Of a stretch of 64,000 nt of DNA, positions 48,362-58,088 are shown one piece after another. The stretch spans positions 2,499,136 through 2,563,135 of the forward strand of contig NZ_CH672376.1 in assembly GCF_000153105.1 (NCBI RefSeq), read 5' to 3'. The translations under genes and the position numbers were made by a program. How positions within the stretch are numbered: the stretch's first letter is position 1; the number at the start of each line of letters is the position of its first letter. The stretch is from Blastopirellula marina DSM 3645 (GTDB lineage: Bacteria > Planctomycetota > Planctomycetia > Pirellulales > Pirellulaceae). Under the pieces are notes generated by a model. That model was not told where the DNA came from and did no database searches. It was given only the letters and a program-made list of their open reading frames with translations.

Positions 48362-50035
48362 ATGGGTAAAAAACATATCTTCACGATCGAGAATTTGAAC
48401 AAAAAGTTCGGCCAACGCGAGATCCTCAAAGAGATGTGGCTCGCTTTCTACCCCGGCGCCAAGATCGGCGTGCTGGGGAGGAACGGCGCCGGAAAGAGCA
48501 CCATTCTCAAGATCATGGCAGGCATCGATAAGGAGTTTGACGGCGTTGCGCAGTTGACCCCCGGTTTCACGGTCGGTTATTTATCGCAAGAGCCGCAACT
48601 CAATCCCGAAAAAGATGTGTATGGGAATGTCGAAGAAGCGGTCGCCCATCGCCGCGATTTGCTCGTGCGGTTCAATGAAATCAGCATGAAGCTGGGAGAG
48701 CCGCTCGAGGATGAAGAGATGAACGCCCTCTACGAAGAGATGGGCAAACTGCAGGACGAGATCGAAGCGACCAACAGTTGGGAGCTCGATCGCGAGATCG
48801 AGATCGCTATGGACGCGATGAACTTGCCCCCCGGCGACGCCGATGTCTCGAAGCTCTCAGGCGGCGAGCGCCGCCGCGTCGCTCTTTGTCAGCTGCTGTT
48901 GAAGAAGCCGGACCTGCTGCTGCTGGACGAACCGACCAACCATCTCGACGCCGAGTCGATCTTGTGGCTGGAGCATCATCTGCAGGCCTATCACGGGACG
49001 ATCGTCGCGATCACCCATGATCGCTACTTCCTCGACAACGTCGCCGGCTGGATTCTCGAAATCGAGCATGGCCGCAGCTATCCGTACGAAGGAAACTATT
49101 CGTCTTGGCTCGAGCAGAAGCAGAAGCGGCTCGCGTTGGAAGAAAAGCAGTCCGAGGCGCGTCAGAAGTTTCTGGCCAATGAATTGGAATGGATTCGCAG
49201 TTCGCAGAAGGCGAAGCAGTCCAAAGGTAAGGCGCGTATCAACGCCTACGAAAAATTGTCGGCCGAGCAATTTGAAGAACGCAACGACGAATTCGAAATC
49301 CAGATCCCGCCGGGCAAGCACTTGGGCGATTTGGTCATCGAAGCCAAAAACGTCACCAAAGCGTACGGCGATAATATCTTGATCGACAATCTCAGCTTTC
49401 ACCTTCCAGCCGGCGGCATCATCGGCGTGGTCGGTCCCAACGGCGCCGGCAAGACGACCCTGTTTCGCATGTTGACCGGCCAAACCGAGCCAGATACCGG
49501 CGAGTTCCGGATCGGTACGACGGTCGAGATGGGTTACGTCGATCAGTCGCGTGATGCGCTCGATCCCGAGAAAACGGTCTTCCAGGAAATCTCCGGCGGG
49601 CACGACACCATCGTCATGGGGAATCGCAAAGTTCATTCACGCGGGTACGTTTCGCGGTTTAACTTCCGCGGACCCGACCAAGAGAAGAAGGTGGGCGTGC
49701 TCTCTGGCGGTGAACGAAATCGCGTCCATTTGGCGGCGCTGTTGCGTCGCGGCTCGAACGTTCTTCTGTTGGACGAACCGACCAATGACTTGGACGTTGA
49801 CACGTTGCGAGCGCTCGAAGAAGCGATCATGAACTATGCTGGCTGCGTGGTGGTGGTCAGTCACGATCGTTGGTTCCTCGACCGTCTGGCGACCCATATC
49901 CTTGCGTTTGAGGGAGATGGATACGTTCACTGGTGCGAAGGAAACTTCAGTACATACGAAGGTCAGCGACGTGAACGTCTCGGCATCAATCCCGACCAAC
50001 CGCCGCGATTCAAGTACAAAAAGCTGAAACACTAA
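48362..50035 (+). CDS. ettA: energy-dependent translational throttle protein EttA (ABC-F)
   Basis: Two ABC ATPase domains (GRNGAGKST, GPNGAGKTT; LSGGERRRV, LSGGERNRV) with an arm/linker region. Confidence 0.9.
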   Translation: MGKKHIFTIENLNKKFGQREILKEMWLAFYPGAKIGVLGRNGAGKSTILKIMAGIDKEFDGVAQLTPGFTVGYLSQEPQLNPEKDVYGNVEEAVAHRRDLLVRFNEISMKLGEPLEDEEMNALYEEMGKLQDEIEATNSWELDREIEIAMDAMNLPPGDADVSKLSGGERRRVALCQLLLKKPDLLLLDEPTNHLDAESILWLEHHLQAYHGTIVAITHDRYFLDNVAGWILEIEHGRSYPYEGNYSSWLEQKQKRLALEEKQSEARQKFLANELEWIRSSQKAKQSKGKARINAYEKLSAEQFEERNDEFEIQIPPGKHLGDLVIEAKNVTKAYGDNILIDNLSFHLPAGGIIGVVGPNGAGKTTLFRMLTGQTEPDTGEFRIGTTVEMGYVDQSRDALDPEKTVFQEISGGHDTIVMGNRKVHSRGYVSRFNFRGPDQEKKVGVLSGGERNRVHLAALLRRGSNVLLLDEPTNDLDVDTLRALEEAIMNYAGCVVVVSHDRWFLDRLATHILAFEGDGYVHWCEGNFSTYEGQRRERLGINPDQPPRFKYKKLKH

Positions 50036-50153
50036 TCGTTCGTTTTCGGATTCGCTTCGCCGTAGAGTCTTGACCTTGCGGCGGCGATCCGTTACCAACA
50101 AATGCTTGCCCCAAGCAATTCAAAGAATCTGTTTAACTACGAGGTATTGAGCC

Positions 50154-50324
50154 GTGTCCATTATTCGCCTTGGTTCCAATCAAAAGTATTCCAGCGGTTG
50201 GGAATCTGCGTTCGGCAAAGAGCCTGCGAAAAAGAGCGACACTTCCGCCAAGAAGACCGCCAAATCCGCCAAAAAGAAGTCGGCCAAAGCGGCCGTGAAA
50301 AAGACGGCGAAGAAAAAGAAGTAG
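50154..50324 (+). CDS. unannotated small lysine-rich protein (56 aa)
   Basis: GAGG 10 nt upstream of GTG 50154; translation VSIIRLGSNQKYSSGWESAFGKEPAKKSDTSAKKTAKSAKKKSAKAAVKKTAKKKK; followed by a terminator. Confidence 0.4.
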   Translation: MSIIRLGSNQKYSSGWESAFGKEPAKKSDTSAKKTAKSAKKKSAKAAVKKTAKKKK

Positions 50325-50368
50325 CGACGATGTCGCTTGATCGGCTCCCAGAATCGATCTCACGAAAT

Positions 50369-50403
50369 ACGGCCGTCGCGATCACTCGCTCGGCCGTTTT
50401 TTT
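50369..50403 (+). terminator. rho-independent terminator
   Basis: ACGGCCG-15 nt loop-CGGCCGT followed by TTTTTTT. Confidence 0.55.
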
Positions 50404-50441
50404 ATTTCTTGCCGATTACAGGCGCGACATTTTAAAAGACG

Positions 50442-50690
50442 TTAGTCCCAGGGTTCCTCCCCTTCGACATCGTCAAAATCGTCTCCCGCATGCCAACGCT
50501 CGAGCGCAGCAATGACGGTGTCCCGTTCTTCGCGGTTCGTCCATAGCGACTCACCTTGTTCCAACCGGACTTCGTACTGACCTTCGCACAAGCAATCTTC
50601 GGCGCCGCAAAAGTGCGGCACGTCCGCGATCCATAAGATCCGGTAAAGGGGAACGTGCTTGTCGTCAATCATGCAAAACAACGAAGACAT
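50442..50690 (-). CDS. small hypothetical acidic protein
   Basis: 82-aa ORF between the terminator and proC; no recognised domain. Confidence 0.3.
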   Translation of the reverse strand: MSSLFCMIDDKHVPLYRILWIADVPHFCGAEDCLCEGQYEVRLEQGESLWTNREERDTVIAALERWHAGDDFDDVEGEEPWD

Positions 50691-50773
50691 TTCGACATCT
50701 CCTCTGAGGCGCTAATCGCCTGGTAACCGCCTGCAGTAAATTATAGTTTCGCGGGAAAGGGGCGCCCGCAGAA

Positions 50774-51574
50774 TTATTCCGCCCCTAATTCCTTCGACCT
50801 GGCGGTGGCCGCAATCACCGCATCATACGCCGCCGAGCGAAATCCGCCTGCCTCCAGCGCTTGCAACCCAGCAATTGTCGTCCCGCCGGGACTTGTGACG
50901 CGATCTTTCAGTACGCCGGGGTGGTCGCCGGTCTGCAGCACCATGCCGGCGGCTCCGCGGACCGTTTGCGCCGCCAGTTGCAGCGCCGCATCGCGCGGCA
51001 AGCCGACCCTTACTCCGGCGTCGGCGAGCGCCTCGATCAGCACATAGACATAGGCTGGTCCCGAGCCGGAGAGCCCGGTGACCGCGTCCATCAGCTTTTC
51101 ATCGACTTTCCGTACGACGCCGACGGCGCCTAACAGCTTCTCGACTAGCGCGACATCATCTGTCGTCGCTCCTTCCCCGGCGCAAAAGGCGGAGGCGCTT
51201 TCGCCGATCAAGCACGGCGTATTCGGCATCACGCGGATGATCCGCGTCGACCGGGTCCACTCGGCCAAGCGAGCCAACGAGGTTCCCGCAGCGATCGAAA
51301 CCAGCAGCACGTTATCGCCGATCAGGCCAAGTCCCGCGATCGCCGCTTGCAGCATCTGCGGCTTGACCGCCAAGACGATCACATCGACCTCGGCCGCCAG
51401 TTTGGCGGCGCTGTCACTGACGCTAGCGCCAGGCACCAATTGGCCAAAACTAGTCCGAGCCGCCGGAAACGGATCGACGGCGATAATATCGGCCGGATGG
51501 ACCAGATCGGCTCGCACAAAGCCGCTGGCAAGGGCTTGCGCCATCTGGCCGGCGCCCAGGAAACCGATTTTGCT
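50774..51574 (-). CDS. proC: pyrroline-5-carboxylate reductase
   Basis: IGFLGAGQMAQAL NADP motif; C-terminal P5CR dimerisation signature (GVLKDRVTSPGGTTIAGL). Confidence 0.85.
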   Translation of the reverse strand, partial: SKIGFLGAGQMAQALASGFVRADLVHPADIIAVDPFPAARTSFGQLVPGASVSDSAAKLAAEVDVIVLAVKPQMLQAAIAGLGLIGDNVLLVSIAAGTSLARLAEWTRSTRIIRVMPNTPCLIGESASAFCAGEGATTDDVALVEKLLGAVGVVRKVDEKLMDAVTGLSGSGPAYVYVLIEALADAGVRVGLPRDAALQLAAQTVRGAAGMVLQTGDHPGVLKDRVTSPGGTTIAGLQALEAGGFRSAAYDAVIAATARSKELGAE

Positions 51575-51774
51575 CATTTTCAGCCGACTTTCTGGCAAGT
51601 TGGATGTAGGAAACGCTCAATGCTAAAGAATTGCCCCCTAGTGGACAATGCGTCGGCGGTCCGTCGTCAGCGGATTGCGGCCTTGGGAGGCCTTAGACTG
51701 CTCTAGACGCCGACCTTCATTTTTGACAAAGTCCGCAGCGCAAGTCTCAACACACTGCGGAAGGAGAGCGAGTC

Positions 51775-52146
51775 ATGTATCGAAAATGGATGAGTTTGGC
51801 GCTGTTGGGTCTGTTTTTACTAGCGCTAACCGGCAGTCCGGCCCAGGCCGATTGGTCCGACTATAACCCGTTCGCCAGCAAACCGGCGAAAAGGACGGCC
51901 AAAAAAGAACCCAGCACGCTGTCGAAGATGGGTTCGAGCACGCAGCAGTTCTTCAGCAAAACGGCCGATTTTTTGAACCCGTTTGATGATGCGAACGACA
52001 AGCCGAAAAAGAAAGTAGTCCCGAGCCTAAAGAAGCCGAAGAAATCTTCGAGCAGCTCTTGGTGGGGCTCGATGTTCGGCGGCGGCGAACCGGAACCGCC
52101 CGAAACGGTCGATCAGTTCATGTCGTTGGATCGCCCAAAGTTTTAA
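51775..52146 (+). CDS. small secreted Lys/Ser-rich hypothetical protein
   Basis: Signal peptide LLGLFLLALTGSPAQA. Confidence 0.4.
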   Translation: MYRKWMSLALLGLFLLALTGSPAQADWSDYNPFASKPAKRTAKKEPSTLSKMGSSTQQFFSKTADFLNPFDDANDKPKKKVVPSLKKPKKSSSSSWWGSMFGGGEPEPPETVDQFMSLDRPKF

Positions 52147-52206
52147 GCTGCTGGGTCGAGTCAATTTCTGGGGCGCACGTCTGTACCGTCCGCCCTCAAC
52201 GCCATC

Positions 52207-53382
52207 TTACTGCCAATTGGCTCGAAACGCTCCCGGCGTAACGCCAGTAATGCGTTTGAACGCCGAGACCAGCTTTGCCGCCGAAGAGTACGAAGTGTGG
52301 TGCGCGATGGCGATCAGCTTTAGATCGGTGTATCGCAACAGCGCCTTGGCGTGATCGATTCGCACGCGGTCGATTTCTGACTTGATGCCGCGGCCCAATT
52401 CCTGTTGAAAGCGGCGATCCAAGGACGAGCGGCTGAGGTGAAATTGGTTGGCGATCATCTCGACCGATAGCCCGCTGCATGCATGCTCGCTGATATAGTG
52501 CACGATCGCGGCGACTTCGCGGTCGGCGATCGCCATCACGTCAGACGATCCGCGGACGACGATGGACTTGGGGGGAATCAAAACGTGTTTCTCGACCTGT
52601 TCTCCCTTCATCAGCCGATCCAGACTTGCGGCGCCTTCGTAACCGATGCGGTGCGCATCAGGTTCGATACTGCTAAGCAGCGGCGTCACCAGATTGCAGA
52701 TGGTCAGGTCATTGTCGATTCCCAATAGCGCGATATCTTCTGGCACGGCGACTCCTGCCAGCTTGCAACTCATCAGGACTTGCCGCGCGCGAACGTCGTT
52801 GCAGCCGAGTATGCCGCAAGGTCGCGGTAGACTTTGAACCCACTTGCCGAGTTCGTTGGTTTCTGATTCTCCCAGCAACTCTCGAACCATCGCATCGCGA
52901 TCCACCTGGCTGCCGACAAAGCTATGCGTGCGACAACCATGTTGCCGAGCGATCCGCTCAAAAGGCGCCGCTCTCAGGTCCGAAAAGTCGATCCCGGGAT
53001 ATCCGCAGTAGGCGATATCCCGCAGGCCGCGTTCGACAAAGTGTTCGACGGCCATCTCAGCACACGCGGCATGATCGGTATCAAACGTCGCTCCCCGTTG
53101 GGGAAAGTAAGAACCTCGCAAATCGACGGTCGGCCGGCCGAGTCGATCAATCGTCTCCATCACGTCATCGGTTTCGATCCGCGTGATCACGCCGTCGATA
53201 TTCCAATGTTGAATCGCCTCGGGAAGCGCTTCGTTCAGACGGCGTTCGACATGCAGGATCTGCCAGTTCCGGTGAATCCGGCAATAGTCGGCGACCCCAT
53301 GCAGGCACGCTCGACCATAGCCGCGCGACGATTCGATCAACAAGAGCACAACTTGGGATCGTGGTGGCTTGCTCGGATTCAC
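52207..53382 (-). CDS. XylR-type AraC-family transcriptional regulator (periplasmic-binding-like sensor + AraC HTH)
   Basis: C-terminal AraC HTH (IANQFHLSRSSLDRRFQQELG...); 4-nt overlap with the alpha-galactosidase gene. Confidence 0.75.
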   Translation of the reverse strand: MNPSKPPRSQVVLLLIESSRGYGRACLHGVADYCRIHRNWQILHVERRLNEALPEAIQHWNIDGVITRIETDDVMETIDRLGRPTVDLRGSYFPQRGATFDTDHAACAEMAVEHFVERGLRDIAYCGYPGIDFSDLRAAPFERIARQHGCRTHSFVGSQVDRDAMVRELLGESETNELGKWVQSLPRPCGILGCNDVRARQVLMSCKLAGVAVPEDIALLGIDNDLTICNLVTPLLSSIEPDAHRIGYEGAASLDRLMKGEQVEKHVLIPPKSIVVRGSSDVMAIADREVAAIVHYISEHACSGLSVEMIANQFHLSRSSLDRRFQQELGRGIKSEIDRVRIDHAKALLRYTDLKLIAIAHHTSYSSAAKLVSAFKRITGVTPGAFRANWQ

Positions 53383-55958
53383 GTTGCTTCGTTTGCCGTA
53401 AATTCAAGAATCGTCGCTTGAATCGCTGCGGAAGTCGATAAGCGTACCCCTTGCTCCATCCACTCATGTCCCCGCATTGACTGGCCTTCGGCGGCCACCG
53501 GGGGCCGCCCGCTCTGCGGATGACGCTCGAAGAGACGATAGCTTTTTTGCGGATCAAGTCCTTGCGGCTTGACGACGCGGCGAGCTCCAGATTTTAACTG
53601 ATAGGCAAAGAGGATCGCTCGTTCTTTCTCTGGCGAGACAAAGTTCACCACGCTTCGTGCTCCGTCGTGCGGCGATTCGATGCGGTGCAGGTCGCCCAGA
53701 TGAATGACATCGCGGAACTTTTTGTACGCCGCGATTGCACTGCGGCAAGTTGCGATTTCTTCCGCAGATAGTTCCGCCAGATCGATATCCATTCCCAGCC
53801 GTGCGCTCATTGAAACGGCGGTCGCAAAATGGAGCGGGTGATTCCCCATTTCCGACGTATGACTGCAGATGGAGATCGCCGGAAAGAAATAGGAGTAATC
53901 CCATTGCAGCGCCACGCGGCGCACAGCGTCCGTATTGTCGCTCGGCCAAAACTCATGAAAATAACGCAACGCGCCGTAGTCGACGCGGCCTCCTCCACCG
54001 GCGCAAAGCATCAATTCGGTCTGTGGAAACTCCCTGGCCGTTTGTTGCATCAGTTGGTAGAGATTGTTCGTGTAGTCGATCCATAAATGGGTCTGTTGGT
54101 TCGATGGCAAATAAGCGGAGCCAGGCTGGGTGACATAGCGATTAGCGTCCCATTTAACGCAGCTGACGCCGCGGGTCTTTAGCGTCTCTTGAATCGCACT
54201 GCGTTCAAACTGCTGGACCTCGGGACGCGTCAAATCAAGCACCAGTTGCGTCCTCTGATAATCCAGGTCGCGGTGAGGCTGCCGAATGACCCAATCGGGA
54301 TGCTGCTCGTACAGCACGCTCTGGGGATTCACCATCTCTGGTTCAATCCAAATTCCAAACCGCATGCCCTGTTCGATAGCCGATTGCGCGATCGGCTCCA
54401 TTCCATCTGGAAATCGCTTGGGGTTGGGGCGCCAGTCTCCCAGCCCGGCGCGATCATTGACACGCGGATATTTGTCGCCAAACCAACCGTCATCGAGTAA
54501 AAAGAGCTCAAAGCCAACTTCCGCCGCCGGCGGTAACAGGCCTTCGATCCGTTGTTGGTCAAAGTCAAAGCCGGTCGCCTCCCAATTGTTTAGCAGCGTA
54601 TCGCGCGGCTTATCGCCGTCACGAATCCCATGTTTCCGCGCCCAGCGATGAAACTTGCGGCTCATCTCGCCCAGGCCGCGGTTGCTGCTGACCCAGATCA
54701 TCGTCGGAGTCTGAAAGCCTTCGCCGGCGTCCAAATAATAGGTCGACCCAAACGGATGGACGCCGCAAAGGGCTCGTACTTGCGAACCGTTGTGCTCAAA
54801 CGCCGCTTGGAAATTTCCGGACCAGGCCAGCGATCCGGCGATGACGCGGCCTTGTTGCTCTTGCGGTGGTCCATCCAGGGAGAGCACAAACGAGGGAGCG
54901 ACAAATTGCGTCGCTCGGGTTCCCAGCAGTGACGCGATCGATTTAACGCCGGGAGTCAGTTTTTCGGCGATCGGGTTCATCTCGTCGGCCCAGTCGCCGT
55001 GGAAATGCAATAAATGCAAATCGGGCGCGTCGAATAACCAGCTAGTCGAAGCCATCCGCTCGAGCGCGATCTTCCCTTCTCCCTGATTATGAATATGGCG
55101 CCACTCTTCGATTACATCTCGAGCCGGATCTAGGCGGAAGTAGAGATCGACCTGCAGTGGGTAAACGTCATCTTGCAAGCGGATGCGAACCTGCTCACGT
55201 TCGTCCTCCAGGCCGGTGCGCTCGACATCCACAAAGCGGAGCGAAGTTGAGCGGTCGCCGTCCGCGTGGACCACTTGCAGCGCCGGTTCCCATACATACC
55301 CATCGCCTCCCTGAGGATAGGCGACTTGGTTGCGGCTGGGCGGCAGCTGCTCTTCTGCTGCGCAAATGGGAGCCTGGTAGAGCCGCCGATCGTCTCCCAC
55401 GACAAAACGGAGGTGGAACGACGCGGTTTTTAAATCGATCGTTTCGAAGGGGGCGAGAGCTTGCGGCAGACGTTTGTCGTCGCGCAACGTCAGCTTTGCG
55501 TCGGCCCAATCCGCGTGATCGTTGGCGCTGCCGTCGCCGTTGTCATCCACCACCAGCTCTAGCAGGTCGACGCCGGCAATATCCAGATCAATCCGCTGCG
55601 CGGGGCTCTTGCCGGTGACCGTCCCGCTATGAAAGACCAGTTGGCGATCCGCGAAGACGCGAAATTGGACAGAGCCTTGTCCGCCGGCGCTATCGTCAAT
55701 GCCGATGACGCTGCGAAATCGAAGCGCGTTCTGTCCAAGCTGCAGCCGCAAGCGACTGGAAGCGTGCGTACCGATCCCCATCGCGAATTTTTTGTCGCGG
55801 ATCGAGAGCGCTTTGCCCATGATGTTGGCGTTCGCTTTCGGCACGCTCCAGCCGGACGACATCTGGGAAAGATCCAAGGCCGACAGCGGAACGGCGTCGG
55901 CCGCCGCCGCAAAATCGCCGAGCAAAACCAGCAATATTACCACGCATAATTCACGCAT
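53379..55958 (-). CDS. alpha-galactosidase (GH36) with N-terminal NPCBM-like domain
   Basis: LLDDGWFG, KWDANR and FGIWIEPEMVNP GH36 motifs; signal peptide. Confidence 0.8.
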   Translation of the reverse strand: MRELCVVILLVLLGDFAAAADAVPLSALDLSQMSSGWSVPKANANIMGKALSIRDKKFAMGIGTHASSRLRLQLGQNALRFRSVIGIDDSAGGQGSVQFRVFADRQLVFHSGTVTGKSPAQRIDLDIAGVDLLELVVDDNGDGSANDHADWADAKLTLRDDKRLPQALAPFETIDLKTASFHLRFVVGDDRRLYQAPICAAEEQLPPSRNQVAYPQGGDGYVWEPALQVVHADGDRSTSLRFVDVERTGLEDEREQVRIRLQDDVYPLQVDLYFRLDPARDVIEEWRHIHNQGEGKIALERMASTSWLFDAPDLHLLHFHGDWADEMNPIAEKLTPGVKSIASLLGTRATQFVAPSFVLSLDGPPQEQQGRVIAGSLAWSGNFQAAFEHNGSQVRALCGVHPFGSTYYLDAGEGFQTPTMIWVSSNRGLGEMSRKFHRWARKHGIRDGDKPRDTLLNNWEATGFDFDQQRIEGLLPPAAEVGFELFLLDDGWFGDKYPRVNDRAGLGDWRPNPKRFPDGMEPIAQSAIEQGMRFGIWIEPEMVNPQSVLYEQHPDWVIRQPHRDLDYQRTQLVLDLTRPEVQQFERSAIQETLKTRGVSCVKWDANRYVTQPGSAYLPSNQQTHLWIDYTNNLYQLMQQTAREFPQTELMLCAGGGGRVDYGALRYFHEFWPSDNTDAVRRVALQWDYSYFFPAISICSHTSEMGNHPLHFATAVSMSARLGMDIDLAELSAEEIATCRSAIAAYKKFRDVIHLGDLHRIESPHDGARSVVNFVSPEKERAILFAYQLKSGARRVVKPQGLDPQKSYRLFERHPQSGRPPVAAEGQSMRGHEWMEQGVRLSTSAAIQATILEFTANEAT

Positions 55959-55975
55959 CAAAACGTCTGTCTCTG

Positions 55976-56428
55976 TTATTTTGACGACAGCTCAAACCGT
56001 AGGTCATCTCGCGGCTCATCCACCGTGATGCTGAGATCGGACTTGGCGATGCTGTTGTACTTTTTAGGAACGATATAGGTCATCTTTGGCGCCGGCGCCG
56101 GCCGTCCTGTCCGCTCATAGTAAGCTTGGGGATCGGTGACCAGGTTCGACGTATCGACCTCGGTCTTCGCAATCGTAACATTGTAGCTTGCGCGGACGAC
56201 TCCGTCATTGAAGGCGAGGGTGCCCATGTTAAAACGGCCCCCTTCGTCGGTCATCGACGTGGCGGATCGTCCGGTCGCGTCGACCGGTGCGAACGCGATC
56301 GTCGCTCCTTCTAGCGGATCGCCGTCAAGCGTCACGATCCCAGCGACATGTACGGCATTGGGCAATTGAGAGCCGCCGTAACATCCGGCGAACAAAAGAA
56401 ACAGCGCTCCTAACAGATAATATCGCAT
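55976..56428 (-). CDS. small lipoprotein, carboxypeptidase-regulatory-like, partner of DUF1559
   Basis: Lipobox LLFAGCYGG; VAGIVTLDGDPLEGATIAF...EGGRF motif; lies 108 nt downstream of the DUF1559 gene. Confidence 0.7.
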   Translation of the reverse strand: MRYYLLGALFLLFAGCYGGSQLPNAVHVAGIVTLDGDPLEGATIAFAPVDATGRSATSMTDEGGRFNMGTLAFNDGVVRASYNVTIAKTEVDTSNLVTDPQAYYERTGRPAPAPKMTYIVPKKYNSIAKSDLSITVDEPRDDLRFELSSK

Positions 56429-56536
56429 CGTGTCGGTTCCAAGTCTCGGATGGGGAAAGGGCAGACACGGCGCGCCCTGATCATGCCGGCGCGCCTGATT
56501 GCACAAACAATACTCCGGCGAGTGAGAATGTCCGTA

Positions 56537-57577
56537 CTACGAACGATTGACTTCTCCACCGCTTACCGTTCCTAGACCACCCCAAACTCCGTAGTTAGAA
56601 GCGCCGTTGGCAGGAGCTAGGGATTGGTTTCCGGCATCGATGGTATCCGAAAAGAAGCGAACGGATCCGTCTCCCATCGCACCGTTCACTCCGCCTGGGT
56701 GATAGCTGGTTGCTGTAACAATCGCTTGACGACCGTCCCAGTCATCCAGCACGCACGAAGGGCTGTTTGGCGGCAAAATCGCCAGGAACCCAGAATAAAG
56801 CGGCGCTCCATCCGCCCAGCGACGCCCCGGGTACTCTTTCACCGTCACGCTGCTCAGGTAGTTTCCATTCTGTCCCCGTTTGGCGGCGCAGCTGGTAGGA
56901 GTGATGTCAGATTCCGAACTGCCGTTCCACGCGTCGGAAGCGATCGCGACGCCGCCCCGGATCTTCGTGGTGTTCGCTTCGCCGACGGCTCGTTCGCCGA
57001 TGGCCAGCGTATTGCTCAAGCCATCGGTGACGCTGGCGAAATTCTTCCAGCTATGGAAGCCGAACATGCCGCTCGTTGGGTTGGTCGAGCCCGCCCATGC
57101 CGGCCGGTCTCCCATGCTGAACGCATAGTTGGAGAACCCAAAGTCCGTCTCGGCCGGAGTCGCCGGATCGGATGGACAGCGGAGGAACGAAAGCTTCGTC
57201 AGCCAAGGCGTATAGCTGGTGTTCCACGGATTATCGCCGTACGGCGGATACGTGGTCGAACCGATCGTCAACGAGGAGGTGATCTGGTTGTACAAAGCTC
57301 CTTGTTCGACAAACGGCAGCAGCGCAACCCAGCCTCCCAGGCGATTGTCGTTATGGATCGGACCACTGCCGGTGCCGCCGCACATCGCCGGCAGCTTGCC
57401 GAAGGTGTCGTGATAGTTGTGCAGGGCCAATCCCGCTTGCTTTAGATTGTTGGTGCACTGCATGCGGCGCGCGGCTTCGCGTGCTTGTTGAACCGCCGGC
57501 AGCAACAAAGCGACCAATACGCCGATGATCGCAATGACAACCAACAGTTCGACGAGAGTGAAAGCATTCTTTTTCAT
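56537..57577 (-). CDS. DUF1559 protein with prepilin-type N-terminal methylation domain
   Basis: [47 protein letters not shown] ... [18 protein letters not shown]. Confidence 0.85.
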   Translation of the reverse strand: MKKNAFTLVELLVVIAIIGVLVALLLPAVQQAREAARRMQCTNNLKQAGLALHNYHDTFGKLPAMCGGTGSGPIHNDNRLGGWVALLPFVEQGALYNQITSSLTIGSTTYPPYGDNPWNTSYTPWLTKLSFLRCPSDPATPAETDFGFSNYAFSMGDRPAWAGSTNPTSGMFGFHSWKNFASVTDGLSNTLAIGERAVGEANTTKIRGGVAIASDAWNGSSESDITPTSCAAKRGQNGNYLSSVTVKEYPGRRWADGAPLYSGFLAILPPNSPSCVLDDWDGRQAIVTATSYHPGGVNGAMGDGSVRFFSDTIDAGNQSLAPANGASNYGVWGGLGTVSGGEVNRS

Positions 57578-58088
57578 GATTTTTCTCAGGTAATGAATGA
57601 TGTGCCCAAATTGGAGAATGAAATGCGAATCGGCGTTTTGAATAGAAGATTCCGGGAAATTAGGCCCACGTAAAATGCGTCTTAATGGAAGTCTATCTAG
57701 GGGATCTCGGATCAATCAACTCAACCGCGATCCTACAAAGGAGCGTCAACGGAGGTCGTACGGGACTCCGCCAAGACGGAATTATGGTGAGATATCTTCC
57801 TGTGATGATTGGGCCAGAATGGGCGACTCGATCATAAGCCATTTGTTGGTAGTGGATTACAGCGATTGTTCGCTTGCTATGCACGATGGATAAACTGCTC
57901 CAGCGGCTGCGCAGATATTTTTGCGTTCCGGCAATCCTTCGGAAACCCGTGACGAAAAAGGGAAAGACATTGACGATTTTCGGACACAGCTATCTCGCTG
58001 CATATCGCCGTAGGTCCGAGGTCGTGGAAGATGTCGCCGAGCGGCTTCCGATGAGATCTAACCGCAAATTGTCGGCCTAGCAGCAACG

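Noticed and set aside
48857-49636. 259-aa minus-strand ORF
   Set aside because: Antisense to ettA
50102-50515. 137-aa plus-strand ORF after ettA
   Set aside because: Arg/Gln-rich nonsense-like translation that reads through a clean terminator; the 56-aa K-rich ORF in another frame, with an SD, is preferred
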